Both the position numbers and the translations under genes were made by a program. The notes below the pieces were generated by a model, which saw only the letters and a program-made list of their open reading frames with translations, was not told the origin of the DNA and made no database searches. 64,000 bases of DNA from Malacoraja senta. Its lineage: Eukaryota. Position 1 is the first letter of the stretch. Each line of letters begins with the position of its first letter. Below are positions 25,427-37,007 of the stretch, one piece after another. The stretch is from contig CM075988.1 of NCBI GenBank assembly GCA_038087875.1, positions 26,166,001-26,230,000 on the forward strand. The letters run 5' to 3'.

Positions 25427-25605
25427 AGATAGACACAAAATGCTGTAGTAACTCAGCGGGACAGGCAGCATCTCTGGATAGAAGGAATGGGTGACGTTTC
25501 GGGTCGAGACCCTTCTTCAGACTGAGTCTGCCTGTCCTGCTGAGTTACTCCAACATTTTGTGCCTATCTTTAGTTTAAATCAGCATCTGCAGTTCCTTCC
25601 CACAT
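25427..25605. mobile_element. Penelope terminal repeat, inverted arrangement, with hammerhead-like core
   Basis: agatagacacaaaatgctg..taactcagc is followed by its reverse complement at ~25527-25570. The minus strand reads ctgaagaagggtctcgacccgaaacgtc. Confidence 0.75.
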
Positions 25606-27837
25606 AAACCTTATACTGGCATGGTTTGTTATAATTCTAGAAACCCCACTCAGCATTCACTCCCCTTCCAATAATCCAAATCTTTCCCAATCAACTCAAC
25701 TATCTCCCCATCATCTTTCCCTCCTCCAGATCATTTTCTCCCTCTCCATCATCTCCACACTCCTGACCTCCCTTTTCCCAACATAACCCCTTCTCCTCCT
25801 ATTTTGTTCACATAACAGGTTCCTCAATTGACTGTCATAATTTCCCTTTTAACCCTCCCATCTTTACCCTGTCCCTTTCCACCTCACTGGTTAGCTTTTC
25901 ATTTCACTTCTCTTCTACTTTTGTGACCTTATCATCTCTAGCCATTGTCACATATCCTACCCATTTTCCAATTAAACGCCCCTCACTTGTATCCACCTAT
26001 CACTTGCTAGACTTTGTATCACCCCACTTCTCATTTGCAGCTTTCTGCCACCTACGACAATCAGCCTGAAGAAGGGTCCCGACCCAAATTGGCACCTATT
26101 TCTTCCCTCCATAGTTGCTGCCTGACTTGTGGAATTCCTCCAGCACTTTGTGTTTTGCTCAAGATTCCAGCATCTGCAGTCTCTTGTGTCACCTCAATTG
26201 ACATAATATGCAATATCCAATCTAAGATGCATTAGATGCACCATAATCCGCAACTGAGATCACTCCTTAAAAGCCAGTTTGTGCTAGTACCCTTTAAGGT
26301 CTCTCCAAAACACCTGATCCCTCCAAGTATATTGCCAGACAAAATCTGACACTGATCACATAAGGAAATATTATGACAGTCACTCAAGAAAAAAAAGTGT
26401 TCAGGAACAAACTAAAGTAGGAAAGAAATGTCGAGCTGGAGAAATGTAGGGAGGAAATTGTGGAGCGTGTGGAAAATGCAGCTGAAGGCATGAATTTCAA
26501 TGGTGGATCTAGTAGAACTGGGAATGCACAGAAGTCAGAATAGGAATAGTGCAGGAATCCTGGACAATTTAGAGGCTAGAGAGGGATAGAGACAGGAGCC
26601 ATGGACAGATTAAAAAACAAGAATGAAAGTTTTAAAACCGAGATGTGTTGCTGGATTGGAATCTAGTGTAGGTCAGAGATCACAAGGGTGAAATGTGAAC
26701 AGAGCTTAGTGCAAGCTAGGATACGAGTATTAATGAGTTGAAATATACATGGATTGCAAGTTGGGAGTCTGGCCAGGGGAGCTACAGAATAGCGGAGAAT
26801 CCAGAAGGAAGGCATTTTAAGCCATGTTGAAAAGGCTGAAGGGAGTTTGTAGGGTCATTTGTTGTCGTGGTCATGTTGACATCTTCCTTCTTTCAACTCT
26901 GTACGGTTTAGAAAGCTTTGTCTCCAGGGCAACAATGAATTCAAACAACATTTTCTAACACGACTCGACCCAGCTGTGGGTAATTTTAGCTACCACGTGA
27001 CTGCGTCTGATAGCAGGCTGCAGATTCTGGGCTGGGTGTGATTTGGACACCTGCTGCTAACTGTAACTTTAGAGCATACACATTCAAAATTATTTCTGTT
27101 TATCCGCACCTCCCGCCTGCAATCTTTTCAGATCCATTTCCTATACTCAAGCTACAAGACTCGATGTAAGGTTAAATAGTGTCTTGTATTTTTATAGTGA
27201 TCTCAGGAATGCATGATAAGACATCTTGGTGACAATGTCATTTTGATATGCGTTCACTCTGTCGAGTTAGAAGATAGGACAGCCAATTAGCACTAAGCAA
27301 GATCCCAGAACAAGAAATGTGATAAAGAGCAAATGATCTATTTTTAGTGTAGTTGGTTGAGGTTTATTTATTGGCCAGTACACCAGCGAAAATGCATCTG
27401 CAGTTCTTCAAAACAGTGCTGCGGGATGTCTTACACCCATCCGAGAGGGCAGATAGGGACATTCAACCGGAAGACATCATCTCGAGCTGCACCACTGACA
27501 TCTCAGATAAGATTATGTACTCAATTCCCTGGAGTGACCTCAAGTCAAGTGTGTAGCCAACAGAGCCAAGGTTGAGAATGAGATCTATTGGTCTTGCAGG
27601 CAACAGAGCTCACATTTCCCATAGTGGCCAAGTTTCCCATTCATGCCATTTTCCTTAGGCCCTGCAAGATTAAGCCGTGTTTCCATATTCTAACTTTGTT
27701 AAACAATAAAACATGGCTGATGTGTATCACAGATCTCTGAGGCTGAATTTTATAAGGCAATCTCGGTGTTATTTTTCAATAAAATGGAAATCCAATGGAT
27801 CACAAGTGTTTTTGACCCACTGTACTCGGGGTGGGGA

Positions 27838-28554
27838 ATGTGTTCCCCCTGCATCTACACATGGTATTGGGATGTGTTCCCCCTGCATCTACACATGGTA
27901 TTGGGATGTGTTCCCCCTGCATCTACACATGGTATTGGGATGTGTTCCCCCTGCATCTACACATGGTATTGGGATGTGTTCCCCCTGCATCTACACATGG
28001 TATTGGGATGTGTTCCCCCTGCATCTACACATGGTATTGGGATGTGTTCCCCCTGCATCTACACATGGTATTGGGATGTGTTCCCCCTGCATCTACACAT
28101 GGTATTGGGATGTGTTCCCCCTGCATCTACACATGGTATTGGGATGTGTTCCCCCTGCATCTACACATGGTATTGGAATGTGTTCCCCCTGCATCTACAC
28201 ATGGTATTGGAATGTGTTCCCCCTGCATCTACACATGGTATTGGGATGTGTTCCCCCTGCATCTACACATGGTATTGGGATGTGTTCCCCCTGCATCTAC
28301 ACATGGTATTGGGATGTGTTCCCCCTGCATCTACACATGGTATTGGGATGTGTTCCCCCTGCATCTACACATGGTATTGGGATGTGTTCCCCCTGCATCT
28401 ACACATGGTATTGGGATGTGTTCCCCCTGCATCTACACATGGTATTGGGATGTGTTCCCCCTGCATCTACACATGGTATTGGGATGTGTTCCCCCTGCAT
28501 CTACACATGGTATTGGGATGTGTTCCCCCTGCATCTACACATGGTATTGGGATG
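27838..28554. repeat. 34-bp minisatellite, 21 near-perfect copies
   Basis: Unit atgtgttccccctgcatctacacatggtattggg. Two adjacent units carry the same G>A variant (~28177, ~28211). Confidence 0.97.
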
Positions 28555-28849
28555 AGTCTTCTTGCTTTGGTTGACAATGCATTGTCTGAGTGGGACTCAA
28601 TCCTTTGCAAATACCTGATTTTACTTCGGAGTCACGTGAGTGACTACGTGAAGACCCCGTCCAGCCGCACACGCTTCATATCGATCAGACGCATAGCGTT
28701 CATGACCGTGTGTGGAGGAGCAGGAGCTCCTCCAGCCGGTGAGTAAAAAGCAAAGTTAAAGTAAAAGTCGGAAGGTAAGTGGTTTCATTTTCACTTACAG
28801 GGTGCTTTTCTTCCCGCTCAGACGTGTTGGTAGAGGTCCACACAAGTTA

Positions 28850-30340
28850 CAATGGGAAAAAGAGCGTAGGGGAAGGAGAGGACAGGGACGCACCGCAGGT
28901 AAAACCCCAGATTCTAAGGGTAGCGGGCGTCAGGCAGAGGAGTCAGTGGCATCGAAGCCATTTAACTCCCGTTGCGGTCGAATGTGCTGTTAAACCGCCG
29001 ACGGCGGGGCGCAAGGCTGGACAAAAGTCGGCCCGACCTGTAGACTCGGATGAGTCAGACCCGGAGGTATACCCTCCTGAAGCAGAAAATATTATGGCTG
29101 CAAGGTTCGCTAGCTTAGAGCTCCGGAGGGGAAAAATGATTTACAAAGAACTCCCACAGGAGGATTTAGGTCGGTGTTGGCCAATAAAGGATACATACAT
29201 AGAATACATAGATACATAGAAAATAGGTGCAGGGGTAGGCCATTCGTCCCTTCGAGCCTGCACCGCCATTCAATATGATCATCACAGGGTGTGCCTTGGA
29301 TGGGACAGGCACAAGGGTGGCCTGCAGGAGAGCCATCAGAAATACCTGTGGTTAGCCTACAGGAGAGCCAGTGCCAGAAATGCCCGCAAAAAGGCAATAT
29401 ATGTGCTGGCCTAGAGGAGAGCCAGTGCCAGGAATGCCCGTAAAAAGGCAATATATGTGCTGGCCTACAGGAGAGCCAGTGCCAGGAATGCCCGTAAAAA
29501 GGCAATATATGTGCTGGCCTACTGGAGAGCCAGTACCAGAAATGTCTGAGCAAAGACAGTACAACCGTACATATGTGCCAGCACCGACAATTTCAAAAGA
29601 AAACATTATGAAGCGTTGGCCTAGAGTTGAGCCAGCGCCAGCAGCACCTGGAACAGGGCTGCCTATCCGTGGGCCTACAAGAGAGCCCGCGCAGGGGGAA
29701 TCTGGCAGAGACTTACCTGGAACAGGGGAGCCAGAAATTACCCAACATAAAGATGAATATCTAGATTCAAATGATGATTTATATCAGGACCAGAGTCCAT
29801 TATCAGAGCTAAAATGTTCCAAGGCTGGCACAAATGTTTGCTGTTCCCACAGTAACAGGGGAACCTTTGAGAGAGGAAATAGCTATGACAATAAATTATC
29901 TACTATTCCATCAGCCCCAGGAATTAACTATGGAGGTATTGGATGAAGATTTTATATCGGATTTACAACAAAATGCCTTAGCACTCATGTGTAGTGCGCA
30001 CTTTGAAATAAATTGTATTCGTGAAAATACAATAACACCAAATATTCATCCTAAGTATGCAGGCTCTGCAAACCATCCAATATACAAATGCCTAAAATCT
30101 GCTTTTTGGAGAAAATCTAGCAAAGAAGCTAAAGGATTACCTATGCTGAGCAGAGCGGTGCGAAGGCAGTATCCCTACAGGCGAAATGCTGGTGCAGGAG
30201 AAGGAACAAGCCTATCATTCTCGTATACACGTTGACGTGCTGCACCAAGGATACGTGGAGGTTACAATGTGCCTACTCGAAGGGGACAACAATTGCCGGT
30301 GGCAAACCCCGAGGTAGGGGGGCTTGGTCTGGTAAGAAAC
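28850..30340 (+). pseudogene. DIRS gag-like region, degraded, with a 54-bp tandem repeat at ~29362-29545
   Basis: Lies upstream of RT. Contains QQNALALMCSAHFEINCIRENTITPNIHPKY resembling a DIRS gag C-terminus, a GEPVPGMPVKRQYMCWPT repeat and multiple stops. Confidence 0.55.
29192..29283 (-). mobile_element. Short CR1 3' tail inserted in the DIRS gag region
   Basis: Reverse complement of the CR1 terminus at ~34625-34700 with a (CTATGT)-type tail. Confidence 0.8.
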
Positions 30341-30349
30341 ACAACAAAT

Positions 30350-33300
30350 GTTTCACACTCACAAATAGGGGGAAGGTTACGATTCTTCCTCAAAGAATGG
30401 CAATCAATAACAAATGATTCATTTATTTTATGTAGCATTGTAGGATTCAAAATTGAGTTCACTCCACGTTTGGATCCTCCAATTCAGCATAATTCAAACT
30501 GGTCACGGATTTTCTCAAAGGAACAGAATAAGTTGATCAAGTGAGAATTGAAAATTTTATGCGGAAAAGGAGGTAATAGAAAAGTCAGTAGAACAACACC
30601 ATCAGTTTGTGTCAAATATTTCCCAGAACAAAAAAGGATGGTGGATGTAGAATCCTTTCGGATCTGAAAAATCTTAAACCTTTATGTACAATAGAAACAT
30701 TCCAAAATGGAAACATTGACTAAATGCCATTCAGCTGGTCACAAAGAATTGCTACATGGCAAGCACAGATCTGCAAAATGCATATTATTCTGTGAAATGC
30801 ATGGTAATGATCAAAGATATTTGAAATTTAGATGGATGAGTCAGTTATGGCAATTTAAAACATTGCCCAATGGCCTGATATCAGCACCAAGATTATTCAC
30901 TAAAATTAGCGACAGCGGCCGGGCCTCCGGTATAGAGACCGGTCCTGTTGCTCAGAAGGGTAAGGAAAAGAAGAGGAGGGCAATATTAATAGGGGACTCT
31001 ATAGTTAGGGGGTCAGACAGGCGATTCTGTGGACGCAGTCGGGAGACCCGGATGGTAGTTTGCCTCCCTGGTGCCAGGGTCTGTGATGTGTCTCAACGTG
31101 TCCAAGACATCCTGAAAGGGCAGGGAGAGAAGCCCGAGGTCGTGATACATATAGGTACCAATGACATAGGTAAAAAAAGAGAAGAGGTCCTGAAAGGAGA
31201 ATTTAGGGAGTTAGGAGGGGAGTTAAAGAGAAGGACAGCAAAGGTAACAATCTCGGGATTACTGCCTGTGCCACGCGACAGTGAGAGTAGGAATGGAGCG
31301 AGGTGGAGGATAAATGCGTGGCTGAAGGACTGGTGCAGAAAGCAGGGATTCAAATTTCTGGATCATTGGGACCTCTTTTGTGGAAGGTTCGACCTGTACA
31401 AAAAGGATGGGTTGCACTTGAACCTGAGGGGGACCGATATCCTGGCGGGGAGATCTGCAAAGGCTACTGGGGAGACTTTAAACTAGAATGGTTGGGGGGA
31501 GGGACTCAAATAGAGAATGCTATTAGACAGTGTGTGAGGCAGGAGGCAGAGAAGGAAAGCACTCAGACCCAACATGTAGGGACGAAAGAAGAAAACAATA
31601 ATAAACAGAGAATAAGAGGTGGTGGGGTTCTTAAATGGGTGAGCAGAGAAACAGAGGGGTGTAAAATGCGGGCGGAAGCAATAGGTAGCAAGGTGAAAAG
31701 TAAAAGTGGCAGGCAGACAAATCCAGGGCAAAAATCAAAAAGAGCCGCTTTTCAACATAATTGTATAAGGGGTAAGAGCGTTGTAAAAACAAGCCTGAAG
31801 GCTTTGTGTCTCAATGCAAGGAGCATTTGTAATAAGGTGGATGAGTTGAACGTGCAGATAGCAATTAATGATTATGATATAGTTGGGATCACGGAGACAT
31901 GGCTCCAGGGTGACCAAGGCTGGGAGCTGAACATCCAGGGATATTCAATATTCAGGAGGGATAGAGAGAAAGGAAAAGGAGGTGGGGTAGCGTTGCTGGT
32001 TAGAGAGGAGATTAACGCAGTGGAAAGGAAGGACATTAGCTTGGAGGATGTGGAATCGGTATGGGTAGAGCTACGAAACACTAAGGGGCAGAAAACGCTG
32101 GTGGGTGTTGTGTACAGGCCACCTAGCAGTAGTAATGAAGTTGGGGATGGCATCAAACAGGAAATTAGAAATGCATGCAACAAAGGCAAAACAGTTATAA
32201 TGGGTGACTTCAATCTACATATAGATTGGGTGAATCAAATTGGCAGGGGTGCTGAGGAAGAGGATTTCTTGGAATGTATGAGGGATAGTTATCTAAACCA
32301 ACATGTAGAGGAACCAACGAGAGAGCAGGCTATTCTAGACTGGGTATTGAGTAATGAGGAAGGCTTAGTTAGCAGACTTGTTGTGCGTGCCCCCTTGGGC
32401 AAGAGTGACCATAATATGGTTGAGTTCTTCATTAGGATGGAGAGTGACATTGTTAATTCAGAAACAACGGTTCTGAACTTAAAGAAAGGTAACTTTGAGG
32501 GTATGAGACGTGAATTGGCCAAGATTGACTGGCAATTAGTTCTAAAAGGGTTGACGGTGGATATGCAATGGAAGGCATTTAAAGACTGCATGGATGAACT
32601 ACAAAAATTGTTCATCCCAGTTTGGCAAAAGAATAAATCAGGGAAGGTAGTGCATCCGTGGATAACAAGGGAAATCAGGGATAGTATCAAAGCAAAAGAT
32701 GATGCGTACAAATTAGCCAGAAAAAGCAGCATACCAGAGGACTGGGAGAAATTCAGAGACCAGCAGAGGAGGACAAAGGGCTTAATTAGGAAAGGGAAAA
32801 TAGATTATGAAAGGAAACTGGCAGGGAACATAAAACTGACTGCAAAAGTTTTTATAGATATGTGAAGAGAAAGAGATTAGTTAAAACAAATGTAGGTCCC
32901 TTGCAGTCAGAAACAGGTGAATTGATCATGGGGAACAAGGATATGGCGGACCAATTGAATAACTACTTTGGTTCCGTCTTCACTAAGGAAGACATAAATA
33001 ATCTGCCGGAAATAGCAGGGGGCCGCGGGTCAAAGGAGATGGAGGAACTGAGTGAAATCCAGGTTAGTCGGGAAGTGGTGTTGGGTAAATTGAATGGATT
33101 AAAGGCCGATAAATCACCAGGGCCAGATAGGCTGCATCCCAGAGTACTTAATAATAATAATAATAGATTAGGAAGTAGCTCCAGAAATAGTGGATGCATT
33201 AGTGATAATTTTTCAAAACTCTTTAGATTCTAGAGTAGTTCGGAGGGTAGCAAACGTAACCCCACTTTTTAAGAAGGGAGGGAGAGAGAAAATGGGGAAT

Positions 33301-35950
33301 TACAGACCAGTTAATCTAACATCGGTAATGGGGAAACTGCTAGAGTCAGTTATTAAAGATGGGATAGCAGCACATTTGGAAAGTGGTGAAATCATTGGAC
33401 AAAGTCAGCATGGATTTACGAAAGGTAAATCGTGTCTGACGAATCTTATAGAATTTTTCGAGGATGTAACTAGTAGAGTGGATAGGGGAGAACCAGTGGA
33501 TGTGTTGTATCTGGACTTTCAGAAGGCTTTCGACAAGGTACCACATAAGAGATTAGGATACAAACTTAAATCACACGGTATTGGGGGTTCAGTATTGATG
33601 TGGATAGAGAACTGGCTGGCAAACAGGAAGCAAAGAGTAGGAGTAAACGGGTCCTTTTCACAATGGCAGGCAGTGACTAGTGGGGTACCGCAAGGCTCAG
33701 TGCTGGGACCCCAGCTATTTATAATTTATATTAATGATCTGGACGAGGGAATTGAAAGCAACATCTCCAAGTTTGCGGATGACACTAAGCTGGGGGGCAG
33801 TGTTAGCTGTGAGGAGGATGCTAGGAGTCTGCAGGGTGACTTGGATAGGCTGGGTGAGTGGGCAAATGTTTGGCAGATGCAGTATAATTTGGATAAATGT
33901 GAGGTTATTCACTTTGGTGGCAAAAACGGGAAGGCAGACTATTATCTAAATGGTGGCTGATTAGGAAATGGGGAGATGCAGCGAGACCTGGGTGTCATGG
34001 TACACCAGTCATTGAAAGTAGGCATGCAGGTGCAGCAGGCAGTGAAGAAAGCGAATGGTATGTTGGCCTTCATAGCAAGAGGATTTGAGTATAGGAGCAG
34101 GGAGGTTCTACTGCAGTTGTACAGGGTCTTGGTAAGACCACACCTGGAGTATTGCGTACAGTTTTGGTCTCCAAATCTGAGGAAGGACATTATAGCCATA
34201 GAGGGAGTGCAGAGAAGGTTCACCAGACTGATTCCTGGGATGTCAGGACTTTCATATGAAGAAAGACTGGATAGACTTGGCTTATACTCGCTAGAATTTA
34301 GGAGATTGAGAGGGGATCTTATAGAAACGTACAACATTCTTATGGGGTTGGACAGGCTAAATGCAGGAAGATTGTTCCCGATGTTGGGGAAGTCCAGGAC
34401 AAGGGGTCACAGCTTAAGGATAAGGGGGAAATCCTTTAAGACCGAGATGAGGAAAAACTTTTTCACACAGAGTGGTGAATCTCTGGAACTCTCTGCCACA
34501 GAGGGTAGTTGAGGCCAGTTCATTGGCTATATTTAAGAGGGAGTTAGATGTGGCCCTTGTGGCTAAAGGGATCAGGGGGTATGGAGAGAAGGCAGGTACG
34601 GGATACTGAGTTGGATGATCAGCCATGATCATATTGAATGGCGGTGCAGGCTCGAAGGGCCGAATGGCCTACTCCTGCACCTATTTTCTATGTTTCTATG
34701 TTTACTCAAACCAATTTTAGCTCTGCTAAGAGCTGAGGGCCATGTATTAATGGTTTATTTAGAGGATATTCTGATTGTGCGGGATACTTTGGCTACTGCA
34801 ATATTGTCAGTATCTAGAGTCAAATACATTTTGAAAAAATGGGTTTCATTATTCACCTACAAAAATCAAAATTGTTACCAAGCAAGAATAATTGATTAGC
34901 CAGGGTTCACAATTAACTCTGAACACATGGTAATCACCTTGCCAAAAGATAAGGCTGCAGTTAATTGAAGATTGCACTAAACTGATAAACGAGGACAAGC
35001 CTTCAATTAGAGAAGTGGCAAGCTTTGCTGGGCAAATTAATTGCTGGGTTTCCAGCTGTCAGGTTTGGACCATTGCATTATCAATGTTTACAGAAGGCTA
35101 AGGTACAAGCATTAAAAATGAATACAGGGCATTTTGACAGGCCATGAAATTAACAATTGGATCCATTACAGAAATAGAATGGTGGATTAACAATGTCTCT
35201 AATGCTTCCAGAAAAGTTCTGGTAGAAACACCTTCCGTCATTCTACAAACTGATGTAACTGCTCTTGGATGGGCGCAACTAACATGATTTCCAGCTGTGG
35301 AGGTAGGTGGAATGTCGATGAAGTACCTTTGCTTGAAAATTAAGGAATAAATTACCTAGAGCTGTTAGGAGCATTTCATGGCCTTAAAGCTTATTGCACT
35401 AATATGGGAAATGTGCATGTTCAGGTACAGGTTGACAATACTACAGCTGTAGCATACCTAAATCGCATGGGTGGTATCAAATCAGAATCATGTGATAGAT
35501 TGACAAATGAAATTTGGACCTGGTGTATTGCCAGAAAAAATTTGGCTGTCAGCAATATATTTACCAGGAAAATTTAACTTAATTGCAGTCAAAATATCAC
35601 GTAAATTTAATGATAATACAGAATGGATGTTAAATCAGGAAATATTTACACAAATTGTAACACAATTTGGAATGCCAGAGATTGATTTGTTTGCATCAAG
35701 ACTAAACCACCAATTGCCTAAATATGTGTCATGGGAACCTGATCCTGGTGCAGTAGCGGTGGATGCTTTCTCGCTACATTGGGGTGGTATGTTTCTGTAT
35801 GCATTTCCACCATTTTGTTTAATCAACAGATGCATACAGAAAATTAAACAAGACTCGGCCTCAGGGATTTTGGTAGTACCAGACTGGCCTACCACTGGTG
35901 TTAAAAATGATCAAAAAAACCCTTATGATTATTCCAAAGCAGATAAAACT
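30350..35950 (+). pseudogene. DIRS pol: RT (split by CR1), RNase H (~35240-35610) and Dam-like methyltransferase domain (~35620-35900)
   Basis: GGRLRFFLKEW; WQFKTLPNGLISAPRLFTK|LLKPILALLRAEGHVLMVYLEDILI; NYLEL..VDNTTAVAYLNRMGG; IDLFASRLNHQLPKY..DAFSLHW..YAFPPF. Frameshifts and stops present. Confidence 0.88.
30908..34701 (+). mobile_element. CR1 LINE, 5'-truncated in ORF1: SGNH esterase ORF1 and APE-RT ORF2 with several disablements
   Basis: IGDSIVR..HIGTND..DGLHL (esterase); CLNARS..GITETW..MGDFN..SDHN (APE); SGVPQGSVLGP..SKFADDTKL (RT); 3' tail (ttctatgt)n. Confidence 0.95.
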
Positions 35951-36010
35951 ACTTGTACACCCTGTAACTGATGAACCACATCCTTGACATGATCGTATTG
36001 GTTTGTTGAT

Positions 36011-37007
36011 TTGCAGATTCTAAGAAGGCCATATCTTGGAAAAGGATTATCAGACTGTACGGTGGATGTTATGACAGCAGCCTGGAGGAATAGTACCCAG
36101 AAGCAGTACATTTCCTATATAAAGAAATGGGAGGTGTTTTGTTCAGGAAAGAATATTGCATATAACACAGCAGAAATTTCAGATGTAATAGAGTTTCTTT
36201 AAACTCTATACTACAAATTAAAATTAAGTTATAGTGCAATCAATACTGCACGAAGTGCACTCTCTGCATATTTAAGCAGTGAATCAGAACAAAATCCAAT
36301 AGGATCACATCCTTGGGTCTGTAGGTTTATGAAAGGAATTTTCAACTCCAATCCTCCTAGACCTAGGTATACAGAAATCTTGAATGTAAAAGATGTACTG
36401 ATGCTGCTGAGGATTGGAATCCTATTGAAACTCTGTCATTAGCCAAAAATCACCATGAAATTGGTTATGCTCATGGCATTAGTTTCAGCTCAGAGAGTTC
36501 AAACATTACAAAAACTAAGAATTGACAGAATGAAGGTAGGGGCGAATGCTGTTACATTCTATGTCTATGATTTACTGAAGCAAAGTAGACCTGGGTTCAC
36601 AGGATGTAAGTTGGAGTTTTTCAACATATCCTACAGATCCACGGCTATGTGTAGTAACATATGTAAAATGTTACATAGAAACAACAAGAATCTTAAGAGG
36701 CACAGAATTGGCAATTTTTATTAGTCATAAAAAGCCTCATAAGAAAGTGTCAACACAGACAATTTCAAGATGGTTGAAACAGGTGTTGATTTATTCAGGT
36801 ATTGATACTGATAAATTTAGATCTCATTCCACCAGGGCGGCATCAACAACGGCGGCCAGGGATTCAGATGTGCCAATAGACCTTATCCTCGCGGCCGCAG
36901 GATGGGCAAGTGAACAGATGTTTCACAAGTATTACCATAAGGAGATTAAAGATCTCGGGGTGTTTAGTGATGCCGTGCTGGATTCAGTATTAAATCCCCC
37001 ATTATAA
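36011..37007 (+). pseudogene. DIRS tyrosine recombinase, frameshifted
   Basis: STQKQY..W; LMALVSAQRVQTL (catalytic R); HSTRAAS (HxxR); AGW..FHKYY (W, Y). Confidence 0.9.

Noticed and set aside
27838..28554. CRISPR-like array or repeat-protein genes (ORFs of 247-326 aa)
   Set aside because: The units are head-to-tail with no unique spacers and no cas genes. The ORFs arise simply because the unit has no stop codon.
36011..37007. Prophage or bacterial integrase plus methylase contamination
   Set aside because: The domains sit in canonical DIRS order inside DIRS termini and are interrupted by vertebrate LINEs.
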